Source of the DNA: Octopus sinensis
Lineage: Eukaryota
DNA length: 64,000 nt
NCBI RefSeq assembly: GCF_006345805.1
Contig: NC_043015.1
Location: 37,014,001-37,078,000, forward strand
Direction of reading: 5' to 3'
Shown here: positions 26,800 to 40,492 of the stretch, piece after piece
Layout of the letters: each line of letters opens with the position of its first letter
How positions within the stretch are numbered: the first letter of the stretch is position 1
The notes under the pieces: generated by a model
Seen by the model: the letters and a program-made list of their open reading frames with translations, nothing else
Told to the model about the DNA's origin: nothing
The model's database searches: none
Made by a program: the position numbers and the translations under genes

Positions 26800-27230
26800 A
26801 TTAGTGTAGAGGCAGTATGGTTTAGCAAAGAAATAAAGTTATAGGAATACGGGATAGAGAGAGATTTTGTTAGGAAGCTAAAAGAGGTGTTTTGGAGTGT
26901 CATAGAGACTGATGTGCTGACCTGATGACAAATCCACTATTCGGTCCTTGACGGGATGTGACGAGTACATGTTACTCGAATCCGAACAGATGTGTGCGGA
27001 ATATCAGCAGTACCGTATAAAACTAGACCCTAGTTTTGATGACTTTGAGTCGGTGACAGGAGTGGAATTTACCTCCCATCTTGACGGCATGTCACACTTT
27101 TCGGTCAGAGATGCTGTGTTCTGTGAAATGCCAATAGCAGTGGAAGATATACGGGACGCGATGATTATCTGCCCAAGATAGAAACTCCGAGGGTGTATGC
27201 TGTGAATTTAATCAAATCCTGCTGGATTTG
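26800..27230 (+). mobile_element. Decayed LINE ORF2 fragment (linker upstream of RT, Tx1/L1-like)
   Basis: IRSLTGCDEYMLLESEQMCAEYQQY...FCEMPIAVEDIRDAM..CPR*KLRG resembles the P-I-T-x-x-E-I-x-x-A...K-S-P-G region that precedes L1/Tx1 RT. Confidence 0.6.
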
Positions 27231-27824
27231 ATTTTGCATTTCATACCCACCGCTGACGATAATATAGGACACCAATAAAGTCGGAGATCGATTACCCTCA
27301 CAATTCCTCGCCTTGGCCTACAGTCATAAACACTTTTAAAGTTGTTTATTTTCAGGGTCTTTCTGTACTAATTTCAAATTCATTCAGATCTCTCATCCAG
27401 CTGATGCTAATAAAGTAAAGTACCAGTGAAGTATTCGGGCCGATGTTATAGATTAATTACCTGGCTTCATATCTGATAGCCCTGCTGCTTAATTAGACAG
27501 AAAGCAAGTACTAAATTAGGCAGGGGAATCGCTTGACGGTCAATAAAAATGTCTTCTGCTGCTTATCTTTCTTTTTTTATTTAGGTTGTGAGTTCAAATC
27601 TCGTTGAAGTTTACTGTTTGCATTTCATACATTAAGGTCGATAAAGCGAGATATCGGTGAAAATACGGGGCCGAAGTTATCGATTAAATATAAATTTTTG
27701 GGCGTCTTTCTACATGAGAAGCACTTATTGGCGTCTCCTGTAGTTGACGTTAGGTACAATTGTGATTAATTGTTTCCTTTGTGTATCAGATACACAATCA
27801 TCATTGATACACACACACACACAC

Positions 27825-27875
<51 letters not shown>

Positions 27876-27928
27876 AAGGGTGTAAATACATGCATACATA
27901 CATGCATACATACATGCATATATACATG

Positions 27929-27981
<53 letters not shown>

Positions 27982-28294
27982 CTCAAAATAAGCAACAAGG
28001 ATATCCACAGGTAGTGTAGTACAATCGCTTCATGCTACTTTCTTTTATTAAACAATGTATTACATCAGTTTTAAAATGTAGAGCACTCTTCAGCCACATA
28101 TGGAATTTTTAAAATTATATTGACAATGTTCATTTTTATATTTATTCTATTTGCAAACATTAGAAAGAGGGTAGGTATATAGACATACAGGTATATAATC
28201 ACCCCATTAATTTATATGGATAATACCATACCAAATTCTGCTGCCTTTAACTTAAGTACCATATTTATCTGAATCTAAATTTTTGCTGAAATTA

Positions 28295-28331
<37 letters not shown>

Positions 28332-28704
28332 CGTATGTTTAAAAGAAATGTATATAAAATAGAAGAATTCTGCGTAATTACACTTATTAATTATTTATAC
28401 CAATAACCACAAACGCACATTTTAGCAGAGATCTGTCTTGTAATCTGAAGGTTCGTGATTGGCAAATTTTGAAATATTAATTTTTATGACGTGCTGACGC
28501 CAAAAAGATGGAGTATTGTGAGAAAGTATTTCTTTCCCGACGCCTGTCTATATTGCATCAGTGAGGGAGAAGAAGGGGAGAAGACAAGCGACAATGACAG
28601 CAATAGGAAGAACTCTATTAACTCAGACAACGATGACAATAAACGCAATATCTACTTTAAGTACAACAATGATAAAACCAAAGAGAACAAAGACAAGAAC
28701 AATA

Positions 28705-28910
28705 GTCTTTTCTATGCACAAGGCCCGAAATTTAAGCGCTAGTCGATTAGATCAAACCTAGTATGCAGCAGGTACTTGATTTATCGACCGCGAAAGGATG
28801 AATGACAAAGTCAACCGCGGTGGAATTTGAACAGAGGACGTTAGGAGAGACGAAACACCGCTTAGCATCTCGCCCGGTGCGCTAATGTTTCTGCCAGCTC
28901 GCTTCCTTAA
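28705..28910 (-). mobile_element. SINE family A
   Basis: ttatcgaccgcgaaaggatgaatgacaaagtcaaccgcggtggaatttgaac...ctgccagctcgcttcctt. Confidence 0.85.
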
Positions 28911-28960
28911 AGAACGATGTTAATCCCAGCAACAAGGAGCAGCCCTATGAAGTCCATCAT

Positions 28961-29160
28961 AAGCCGGCGACCTGGCAGAATGGTCACCGCGCCGGAGAAA
29001 ATGCTTAGAGGCATTTCTTCCGACTTGGCGTTCTCCGTTCAAATAACACCGGAGTTCACTTTGCCTCACATCCTTTCGGGGTCGATGAAATAAGTCCCGT
29101 GATCAATGTAATAGATTTACCCCTTCCTCGAAATTGCTAGTCTTTTACCAAAGTTTGAAG
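28961..29160 (+). mobile_element. SINE family A (opposite orientation to its neighbour)
   Basis: aagccggcgacctggcagaa...atgcttagaggcatttc...ttcaaat...tttgcctcacatcctttcggggtcgatgaaataagt. Confidence 0.85.
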
Positions 29161-29271
29161 CCGACATTTCAAGCTCATCAGCAACATTAACAGCAACAAC
29201 TTCGACAGCGACACCATAATGAACACCAGTAAAAATAACAGCAAGATTAATTGCTACGACACGAACACCAA

Positions 29272-29633
29272 CAGCACTCAGAGAGCGCAAACCTCCGCCA
29301 AGACAACACCTACGTCCTCTCAACGATTAGCCAGAGATGATTTTTAAAATGAGAATATCTGAAATAAACACAAATGGTTTCACAAACTAGAATACTAAAA
29401 ATGAACCCGACTGCTCTAAAAAATTAAGTAAAAAAGCAGCGAAAATAATCCGGAATCCTTTTCCGGTACCAGATTGATGCAAAAATCTAATCAATTCGTG
29501 CCAGTTACGAGTCCAAAAGCCCTTGAAAATTTCATCCGAATCCATCCGGCTGTTCTTGAGACATCTTGTCCGCGGACAAACAACCAAACATGACTGAAAA
29601 CAATACCCCCGCCTTCACTTACGTGGCAGTAAT
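29272..29633 (-). mobile_element. Non-autonomous Helentron/DINE-1-like element
   Basis: Sub-terminal motifs ACCTCCGCCAAG (29291-29302) and ACCCCCGCCTTC (29605-29616), a terminal stem-loop GCACTC-aga-GAGCGC (29274-29288), and a short gtttggttgtttgtcc tract with ggattcggatgaaatttt on the minus strand. Architecture matches recalled HINE elements. Confidence 0.55.
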
Positions 29634-29753
29634 AATGATTATAAACTTTCGCTCAACGCCAGAAAACCCGGGGCTGAGGGAAGACAGAAAGGAATCAAAG
29701 GCAAGGTCGATCCCAGCGGCATTTGAACTCAGAAACTACACACACACACATAC

Positions 29754-29794
<41 letters not shown>

Positions 29795-30282
29795 CACACA
29801 CAAACGCACACACATATATATATATGCATACATATACATACATGTACACATATACATATGTGTGTTTTTGTACCGTGTTTGTATGCGTATATAAAGAAAT
29901 ATGCATAGTATGCATGTAAATGTGAATGTGTTATATGGTTACGCTTCATGCCAGACATAGCAGCCAGATCTCTCTCTTATCAAGCACACACTATCGACAA
30001 GTCAACGTAAAACTGCATATAAATTCCATACATTCTTGTAAATGCCAGAGATTAGTTTAATATAATTCCTGATAATTGATAGGTTCCAATTCGAAATTCA
30101 ATATTTGCTTGCAATATATATTCTTATCATCTTGCTATCGCGTATTACATCGATATATTGTTGGCATGTTGAGTAAGCAGCTCATTGACGTCAGCAACGT
30201 ACCACCTTCCTCTAACCATCTATCTATCCATCTATCTATCTATCTATCTCTCAGTCTTTCTTTATATACAAGCATATATATA

Positions 30283-30320
<38 letters not shown>

Positions 30321-30501
30321 TATATATATATGTTTGATAGGATATGCCATATTATAACATTGATGTAATATATTGCATGTGTCGATAAATGCTTGTCCAA
30401 GCAACTCCACGGTTAGCAAAAGCTAACAGCTATACGACTAACTATACATAAGATTTAATTACTGCATATCACATTACTAATTAATATCTCGATACCAGCA
30501 A

Positions 30502-30563
<62 letters not shown>

Positions 30564-30787
30564 ATTATTATTATCATCACCATTATTATTATTATTATCA
30601 TAATCGGCATTATCAATAGTATTATCGTTTTCATCATCACCATCATCATCATTGCCACTGATGGTTTTTTCTTTACTCATTTTCTTTTGTTTATAATTAA
30701 TCATTTATTGCTGTTGTATCATTAATCTATGTATATTTCTTATTGATTATTAGATAAATCTATATTACATTGTATTGTAAATATCTA

Positions 30788-30863
<76 letters not shown>

Positions 30864-32224
30864 CGATGATAATAATAATGATAATAAATGAAATAAAACG
30901 ACAAAAGCAGTGAATAATACAAGACGAATTGCTTAAAGAGTAAAAGCGAACAAAAATTTTTTTTAGAATAAAAACAGATTTCTTTTTTTATTTTTGGTAA
31001 AACGTATAAATGAAAATGTGATTTGATTCAGGAATTGCTTTTACTGATGTTAATCTGATATCATGGTAAATAATTATAACTGTGTTATGTATTGATGAGT
31101 CTAAAATAGTGAAAACCAATCAATCCGTCGTTTTTATACTGGCGTCCCCCTCCCCACTCTCTTTATTAATCAATCAAATATTTATTTCTCTTCTTCTCTT
31201 CTCTTAACACTGCATCCTCTCTATCACCACATTTCTCCACACCCACTCACACACGCACGCATGCACACATATATGTACATTTGCATGCAAGTATAGACAT
31301 ATATATATATATATATGTTTGCCTGTGTGTGTGTGTGCATACACTATTGTTGTCTTTATACTTCTTCCTCTCATTCTACACTCACTTTCTCTCTCTCGTT
31401 CTGTGTATCTTTCCCTGTCTCTCACTCTTTCTCCCTATATATATATTTATATATAGAGATAGATAGATAGATAACTTTCTGTTTTTCTTCCTCTCCCTCT
31501 TTATCTAAACGACCTCTCCTCTTTCCTTCTATCAGTTTCTTCGTGCCTCTCTCTCTCCTACTATCACTCCCTTCTTTCTGTACCTCCTGCCCTCCTACAT
31601 TCTCTTTGTCTCCCTCTCATTGTTCTATGATTGATTTCACTGCTTCTCTGCGCCTCGCTTTCTCTGAATAAATTCTTATCTTTATCTCTTCCCCCTCTCT
31701 CTCACTTTCTTTATTCACCTTTCTCTCTCACTCTCCGTCTCCCTCTCTCTCTCTCTCTTTGACATGTACTATACTAATCCATCTTTATCCCATTCCGCTT
31801 CCTTACCCTCCCTCTGATTTCTCACCCAATTCCTTGCTCTCTGCTTTTATCTAATTCATCGTCATCTCCCCCCCCCTTTATCTCTCGTTCCGTCATACTC
31901 CAGCTCCTAATTCGACTTCCATTATATCGAACCATCAAACTAACACTATTTGCTGATACGATGCATAGAGAAGGACGTAGAATTTCAGGTACTCTACGAC
32001 AGGGGTTCAAGCACACTTTGAAAACATCTCAGTTCGTTAATATTTGCGTTTAATTCTTACATTTAACTAAGAAATGCGAGTCACAGAATCAAATGATATT
32101 TTGGCAAGTTACAGCAAACTGTCGTCTCATATATATATATATATATTCTGTTATTTTTGCACTTGTTTCAGTCATTTGACTGCGACCATGCTAGAACAAC
32201 ACCTTTAGTCGAACAAATCGAACA

Positions 32225-32480
32225 CATCCTTTCCATAATTCCTTTGGGGAGCAGCGACAACTTCACGTCGCCGTCCACCTTCTGAGCCATCTTCTCGTAC
32301 TCCGTCAGATCAGCGAAGTCCAGCTCCCTTCACTTTACCTCCGTCGCTTCAGCCAAACACCTTGTCTTCAACACTCCGTCCATCTTCATAACTGCCCTTA
32401 CCAGCTCTTCCTCCTCCGACGACAACTCAGACCCGTCAATGTCTGAGTGCATCTTCCAAGCAACACAAAAAACTACGTCC
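32225..32480 (-). mobile_element. GC-rich coding-like remnant, probably the 5' part of a Tx1-like LINE ORF1
   Basis: From ATG at 32452: MHSDIDGSELSSEEEELVRAVMKMDGVLKTRCLAEATEVK*RELDFADLTEYEKMAQKVDGDVKLSLLPKGIMERM, with one in-frame stop. The acidic start is like DSDSEEEE at ~19500. Confidence 0.5.
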
Positions 32481-32578
32481 GAGTCTTACAAAATCCAGAC
32501 AGCAAATAAGCCGACGCATGCGCGGAAGCAAGCTTCTTGCTACACAGCCACTCTTGCGCCTATATACACATATACATT

Positions 32579-32747
32579 AAAAAGAATTATAGTCTTTCAC
32601 TGTATATTGACGAGAGAAATAGTCTAATATTAAGGCGTGCGTTTCCTCCGCCTTCTAATGCCAATTTCTTTCTGTCGAGGATTTATGTGTCCTAGTATTA
32701 GATTATATTTATATTTAATATACAGTGAAAGCTTATAATTCTCTCTA
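32579..32747. repeat. Imperfect ~55-bp inverted repeat (fold-back or MITE-like)
   Basis: agaattatagtctttcactgtatatt..atagtctaatatta matches the reverse complement of the right arm, agaattataagctttcactgtatatt..ataatctaatacta. The ORF track shows RIIVFHCIL (+) and RIISFHCIL (-). Confidence 0.85.
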
Positions 32748-35399
32748 TAAAACTTTCACTCGCTACCGTTTCCAAATTCATGCAGAATTCGTACACATAC
32801 ACGTATATAATTTTCGTGCTTATTTTTGTTCCAGGCGACCTGTAAATTATTTGCTGGCGCATCACAAGACAGTCCCTCATTCGTGTTCGTATTGTGAGGA
32901 TTTTGATCTCGAAAAATGTCGTTTAATTTGTCGTTGTGATTCCCTTCTTTTCATCTTTAACTCTCTGTTGGTTTTTCATTTATATGTATACAAAGAAGAT
33001 CAGAGCTCACGAATGAAATTTCTGCATAGTGAAGCTTTATCAACTAATTATGCAGGGAAAGATTTCAGGATATTTTAAAGACAATTTCTTTCTGCCTACA
33101 AATACATTGACAAAATCTTATAATGTCCCAACTGTTGATACACATAGAAAAAATGTGTGGTCTTTTGCTGATGGCAGCATAAAGAGATCCTGTTTATTGC
33201 TCTGTAGAGCAAGCAGGTTTCTATTGATGAAGCGGTTACTAATATGCGAATTAGCCACGATACTACCTATGAAATTTCACGCAATATCTTTCGTTTCGGT
33301 GAAGATTATGCAAAATGAATCCCCAAACATATCGTAGAGTTCCAGGACAACTTTTGAATGGCTATGCTAAATAAGGTGATACTTTATTGGAAGAAGATAT
33401 GTAGGGGGCTGTTTTCATAACTGTTTTGTAGATATTAGTAATTCAGGGACGCGAGCTGGCAGAATCGTTATGGGTGAATTCTTTTCTAACTCCTTGCATT
33501 GTGAGTTCAACTCACGCCGATGTAAACCCTGCTATTCAGCCTCCCCACCCCAATAACAGAATGTAACATTGAAGTATTCTGATCTAAGGTGTCAACATAT
33601 CTATTTAATATGAAACTAATGACTTTCTATCTCAGTCATAAGCAATTACTAACTCTTCATTTAGCATTGATATAGAACAAGACTAATAATTTATATCTTC
33701 TACAGTTTGTCCCATATATTTTATGCCGTGGGTCAAGGAAATATATTTAATTAAACTTCAATATGGCATCTTAGCACGCAGTGAGGATTGATCTCTTCCT
33801 TGGCTATTGAATATTCAAACTGATACCGTCTTCATTCTCGCATTATATTTTCATTGCAATTTCATTTAAATTTAATTTCAAGATTATCCCGTTTGCTCCT
33901 TCGCCTGTCATGACCAGAGTGAATAATCATTAAGCTAATTATTTTTCTCAATTCTACACGTGTCATTGTAATTAATTAAAAATTATTAGCTCACTACATT
34001 ATGTATATTAACAGCGATTTAACTATTCGTTTTCAGTGAAGTTGTCACTTTCTGTTCCTATCCGCCTCGTAACAGCTTCTCCATATTATATTTTAATGGA
34101 CCTCGCGTGTGGTTAATAAATATCAGCATAGTTGCAGCTTCTGTTCTGCAAAACAAACAAAAGACAAACCCGTTTCTCGATTTTACAAGGAGATATTTTG
34201 TTTCTCTATTCCCCCAACTAGTTGAATTAGCAAATACATGTTTTGCTGAATATTAAGAGAACGGGTAATATGTTTGGTGGCAGGAACGAACGAATATACG
34301 TGATAACAAAGATATTAAAAATCTCTAGTCTTTTATACAGGGTATTATATTAAAGCCTATATTTTATATATTGAAAGGAAATGTTTGTCGAACAACAGAG
34401 TCGGAAGAATGATTCCAAACACGATTTATTTTTAATATTCCATGTTCATATAATAGCTATCAGCTAAATCCTTCCAAACAAATAACGTTCCCTGTTCGAC
34501 ACATTTATGTCAACAATTAGATTGAAGAGACAGAAAGAGGAAAGAGAACAAGAGAGAGGGAAAGAGAGAGGTAGAATACCACTAGAGATGAGATATCTAT
34601 TATAGTCTAAAATAAATCACATGCATTATATGGATTATGAGCATGTCACGCCACCTACCGAGCTACGGTGAAACTAACCACATAGTGTAGAACATTTGAG
34701 GCTGAAAGCAGTCTTGCTAGAAATAGAAAGAAATTTCCTTCAGCATCGGATGTATATATTTGATTCGATACTTGAGCAACGTATACAAGATGTTCCTGCG
34801 TGAAAGTCTGAAGGACAACATTGAGCTGGAGGTTTGCAGCTCGCTTCAAAGACAAACGGAACCGACAGAAGAAAAACTAATTTTTTGCTAAGAAATTAAT
34901 TTTCTCTCGTGTCATAGTCTAAAGGTTATATTTGCAATATATTCAATAAAGGAGGATCAAGGAACTGGTGTCCAACATTATTTGGAATTTAATATTCGAG
35001 ATTTTCTGTTGATATTATTCCTATTATGTCATCTACAAAATGTATTCTTTGAGAATGGGGTTAGGTCGCATCTGAACTGAACACAAACAGATTTGGAGAG
35101 GAACGAAATATGTTGTTAAGATTTACAACGATATTCAGGAAATTTCACAAAATATTAATATTTAAATGTTAATGTGTAAGGTGGCGGATTGTTCCGGAAT
35201 ATATATGCGTATGTGTGGTGGGGTGTAATGTGAGGTCGCAGAGTTGTTATCATTCCGGTGAAAATGCTTAGCGATATTTCGTCCGTGTGCCCGTCCTGAG
35301 TTCAAATCCCACTGGACTTGATCCTTTCGGGGACGTTGAAACAAGTACAAGTTGAACATATATATATGTGTGTGTGTGTGGGTGTGTGTGTGTGTGCAT

Positions 35400-35680
35400 C
35401 ATGTCATCTCTCTCACATAGTTCGTCCCATACAACGCCCGAAGATTGTTCCCTCACGCTTTCCCCATTCATATCGAGCTTCCATAACGGTCCTCAGCGCC
35501 TGTACCCCTTCCATAACTAGTATCCTCCCGCAAGATGTCGATATAGGTCGTCTTCGCCCTTCCTCTCTTGGTTCTTCTTTCTGTTGGCTGCCTGAGCCCT
35601 AGCTTATTAGCAATTTCATCGGTGTGTCTGATGCAGTGTCCAACTGGCCTCATTCTTCTGTGCTGTTTCTTCAATGTTAA
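35400..35680 (-). mobile_element. RTE-like LINE 3' fragment
   Basis: RRMRPVGHCIRHTDEIANKL..QPT..RTKRGRAKTTYIDILREDT matches the RR-x-R-x-x-GH-x-x-R...RGRP...D C-terminal signature of RTE-group ORF2. Confidence 0.8.
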
Positions 35681-35859
35681 CGATAGAATAGGTTCTAAGC
35701 TTGCAGAGAACAAGTCGTTGGGTCGATTTGTTCGACTAAAGATGTTGCTCCAGCATGGCAGCAGTCAACTAAAAGAAATACACCTATAGGTATGCATTCA
35801 TTCAAACATAGATGCTTTCCTAGAGTGAAAGATATAGCGAGACAGACACATAGGTATGC

Positions 35860-36540
35860 GAAACCAATCAGCGAGCACTTGGAAACCAATTGCCTGTTGA
35901 AGGGTTAAATAGATCCGTTTGGGAAAATGTTCTTTATTGAACTCTAATTTCGCCAATCAGGAATCTACGCGAATTGAATTAAAAGCAATCTTGTTGCATA
36001 AATTTTATTTTATTTCTTTCATTTCGTTTTTCTTTTTCCCATGAATTTTGTTTGGTTCGCTTTCTGTATGTTCTTTTTGTATTTTTATTAACTCTTTTCG
36101 GTTATTTGCACTGTTTATTAAATATGCCACATGATGATGCATTTCGTGCGCGAAAAATATATAAAAAAAAACGAAAAATATAGAAAATAACCCCGAAAAT
36201 ATAGAAAGAAAAGAAACAAAAGCTAAAAGAGCTAAATTTCATAATCTAAACACAAATAATCGAACACAGGGAATCTTCAAAAAAAGGCGGGGAAATAAAA
36301 TATAAAAAAAAAGCACAAGGGGAAAATTTGTGTGAATTATAATAGCAAAATCAAAAATGTTTACAAAAAACAAAAGGGTTAATAATATTTGCGTTGTTAA
36401 TAGGAGAATTTAAAATATTCTAAGCAGGCACACAATGCAAATAATTGTAATGTTAAAAGCGCGTTGAGGAAATTGAACAAACGTCAACAGAACATTCTTT
36501 TATTCAGGAGGCAAAAAAATAAAGAGAAAATGGCGCCTTT
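35860..36540 (+). promoter_or_regulatory. Candidate Pol II promoter-like island (three CCAAT boxes, YY1-like site)
   Basis: CCAAT at 35864, 35886 and 35953 (AACCAATCA, AACCAATTG, GCCAATCAG) and AAAATGGCG at 36527-36535, within non-repeat A/T-tract DNA. Motif evidence only. Confidence 0.3.
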
Positions 36541-36998
36541 CGGAATAAGATGACGGCATTATTCTTCTAAATGTAATGATTGTCTATCAAGAAAAGGAAA
36601 ACAAACGAAACATATATATAGGAGAGGTATTTGCACTTCCTCAATTATAAAACCCATACTGTAATATTCATACGTCTTCGAAAACTATTATGTTTTGTAC
36701 ACTGCAAACATTTTAATTATATAAAAGGCTTGGGTTGGTTTTTCATGTTTGCGTTTGTATTTGGTTATTTGTTTTCTAATGAATTTCTAGATTAAGATTC
36801 TCCGGAATAATCACCCCGTTTTAATTCAATGTGCATAGATTCATTTACGTATATGTATATACATATAAATCTATATAGACATGTGGAATTGGATATACAC
36901 ATCTATACATATATCTGTCTATCTATCTGTCTGTTTGTCTGCTGCCTGTCTACCTACATACGCATAAGTATTTGCGTGTACTTATATAGAGACATATC

Positions 36999-37059
<61 letters not shown>

Positions 37060-38043
37060 TTATTTGAATATGTATCCATTCATCTATCTATTTATCTATC
37101 TATCTATCTTCCTATTTAGCTATCTACCCATATGTCTGTCTATCTAACTATCTATCTATCCATCTAACTCTATATGTGTGTGTATGATCTGCGTATTATT
37201 CCAGGCGTCGCGAGTACAAGATTCAAGCAAGAAACTATATCTTGCCACTTAGCACAAAATGGAAAATATGTGCTCAGAGCTTAGGGATTGCTTAGAAACG
37301 TAGGTCACGTTATCAAACTTAACTAACCACGTGACTGAAAAGCAAGAAATCATTAGTAGCTTTTGTCTTAATACTGTATACATTAATCAACACATACACA
37401 CAAACAATCACTCACGCATTATATGTGTGTGTGGGTATGTGTGCATAGATGTGTAATCACGCATACAGATGTATGTACATGTATGTGTGTGTTGTGTGTG
37501 TGTTGGCTGGGTGTATAAAATTAGATAAACTTAGATATGTTTCGACCAAAGATTGGTCCAGGCCATGTCTAACTTAATAGCACCACCTGAAAGGATTATC
37601 GAAATCCTTTTTAAGTCAGGTTTTATGGTATCACGACCCATTTGAGTAGGGACTTCCTGTTGAGTGTTATAGGAGGCTTATCTAGGATTTATTGAAGAAA
37701 TAGGATTTATTGACCAGCTTCCGTTTAAAGGTAATGGGGTCCTTTTCCACCTTGGTCTATGTCAGAAAAATGTCAAAAAGGGTAGGGACGTATGGCCCGT
37801 GGTCCTAGCCTTGGACCAATTTTGAAACTAATGTTGAGATCGTTTGGACAACGCTGGTTGCTTATTCTATACATCGTGCAGATGAGGTGTCTCTTACGGT
37901 GGCGCTGGAGACAATAGAGTTCCAATGCTTTAAGGCGGCCCCACCCCAAAAGGGAACAAGAATGCAACAGACGACAATAAAACATCCAGACAGACGATAC
38001 AAAGACGGACAGGAAAAACAAAGAAACAACTTGCTCACCTTGT

Positions 38044-38084
<41 letters not shown>

Positions 38085-38130
38085 TGTATGTATGTATGTA
38101 TGTATGTATGTATGTATGTATGTGTGTATG

Positions 38131-38440
38131 TGTGGAAGCGCAATGGCCCAGTGGTTACGGCAGCGGACTCGCGGTCGGAGGATCGCGGTTTCGATTCCCA
38201 GACCAGGCGTTGTGTGTGATTATTGAGTGAAGACACCTACAAGCTCCAGGAGGCTCCGGCAGGGGGTGGCTGTGACCCCTGTTGTGCTCTTTCGCCACAA
38301 CTTTCTCTCACTCTCTCTTCCTGTTTCTTGAGTAACGCTGCGATGGACTGGCGTCCCGTCCAACTAGGGGTAACACATACTCGAAAGAAACCGGGAAACC
38401 GGGCCCATGAGTCTGGCTAGGTTTGAAAAGGGCGAAAAAA
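38131..38440 (+). mobile_element. Apparently full-length tRNA-derived SINE (family B; resembles octopus OR-type SINEs)
   Basis: A-box TGGCCCAGTGG, B-box-like GTTTCGATTCC, central gcgatggactggcgtcccgtcca, A-rich end, inserted in (TATG)n. The family name is from recall only. Confidence 0.85.
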
Positions 38441-38551
38441 ATGTTTGTATGTATGTATGTGCGTATGTATAAGTGTCCAAGCCATGGACTGAAACTAAAC
38501 ACACAAATATAGTATGATGCGAGAGGTAGAAATAAAAGCAGTTAGAGTATC

Positions 38552-38612
<61 letters not shown>

Positions 38613-39125
38613 AAAATAAACTTATTAATGTCCAAAAATACTTTGCAAATACACATTATTGATTGTTTATTTGTCTTTACTATTTCTATACGTTGCCTTT
38701 TCTTATTAAATAAACGAAAAAAACACGCAGCACACGTGACTTTGAAGCGAATTCACTTCTTTATATCAGCCATGTTCTATTTGATAGAGTTGCTTCCAAT
38801 ATGATGGTCGTACATGTAGCTGCTGTCAATATTTTTCCATATCTGTCGACATATTTCTCTCATGTGTCTATGTACGACACTTGATGTATTTCCCAAAATA
38901 TATTAGACATTTAATTAGTGAAAATATGTAAGTGTGAATAAAAAATTAAATAAAAACATACGTACAGTTCCAAACATCTCTTGCATTTAACCACAACGTT
39001 ATTTTTGTTTAAGTACATTATAACATTGTGTGTGTAGCCAAGTAAATTAAACATATTGGATATATGTATGTGTGTTGTATGCGCGCGTGTGTGCGTATAT
39101 ATATGTGTGTTTCTATGCATGTATG

Positions 39126-39174
<49 letters not shown>

Positions 39175-40431
39175 TATATGTGTATATATATATGTGTATG
39201 TATGTCTGTATATGCATGTATTTATATATATATATATACATAAACACACATATATACATATGAATATTTGTCTATATATGTGTATTCTGTCTATGCGACT
39301 GCCTGCGTATTGTTGCTACATATTTAAACATATACACACTCAGTCACACGCAAACACTCACACATATATATATGCATATGTAAGTAATTTTATGTCTATA
39401 TATATATAAATATATATATATATATACATGCATATATATATGTGTGTATATATGTACGTATACGTATGTATTTTATATGCGTATTTACACATACGCACAA
39501 AGACACACACGAATATACACACATATTTGTATGTAATTTTTTTATAGATGTTTTTTTGTTGTTAGTTGTTTCAGCTAGTTTAACTGGCAGTACATCTAGG
39601 CAATTATTCAACTAGACCAAACTCAATAGCGCTTAAGAATAATCGATGAAAATGATGAGATGCATTATAAATGATGTATTAATTGACTTGGCAATAGAAT
39701 AGACATTTGGAATATTCAAATGTGCACGTATGTAGTGATGCAGCAGTGTCCAAGAAAATCATTAGCTTTTAAAGACAGCCAAGTGCCAAAAAAAAAATAA
39801 TAAAACAAAAAGAAACGTATTAACAAATGACAACTATTAACTTACTTTTATGTAAAATAGTTTTTCAATTCATAAATAATCTTCAAATTAGGGATGAGTT
39901 GTTATTTAAATATGTAAGAGGGAAAACATAATTGCTGTAAACAAACGTGAGTGTATATATGGAGAATTATAGTCATTCAGGCACGGGACTTTAATGGAAG
40001 ATTGTTTAATAAAACACGAATATTTCTTATTTTTCCGCCCTTCGGCAGATGAATCGATTTTCGTTAAATACAGATATAATTGAAAGGAAACAATCGATGA
40101 TTTATGGGGGAACTATATAGAGAGGGAGAAAATTCAAGCTTAAACTGATTCCGAAGAATATAATCCGGTTCCACAGTGGCACGGTGACTCGTTTTCGCAT
40201 GTCTCTATATATGAGATCATATTACATTGCAGCAAGTTTTTGAGCCTCCAATATCATTGTATAAAATCTAGCAGCGTTTCTTGCAGCTCTTCACGTTCTG
40301 ACTTTACATTTCGTGCAATTCACCCTTTGTCTTTTGGTGTCGATAAAATGAATACCAGTCGAACATATTACTTGATGCAACTGATTATCCCGTCCATCAA
40401 AATTGTTGGCGTTGTGCCCCCAGTAGAACGG

Positions 40432-40491
<60 letters not shown>

Positions 40492-40492
<1 letters not shown>

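Noticed and set aside
37520-37625. Minus-strand GACCAA[tct]TTGGTC-GAAACATAT plus a nested hairpin cctgaaaggatt..aatcctt..tcagg
   Set aside because: Resembles the 3' half of a hammerhead, but there is no CUGANGA before the helix and no stem I. Possibly a decayed element end.
38131-38205. tRNA-like sequence (also 2595-2668 and 23370-23440)
   Set aside because: The acceptor stem is not intact and it continues into a repeated SINE body, so it is a SINE head rather than a tRNA gene.
40211-40232. tgagatcat matching the start of bantam miRNA
   Set aside because: Only 9 nt match and no precursor hairpin is evident. No other conserved miRNA was recognised by eye.
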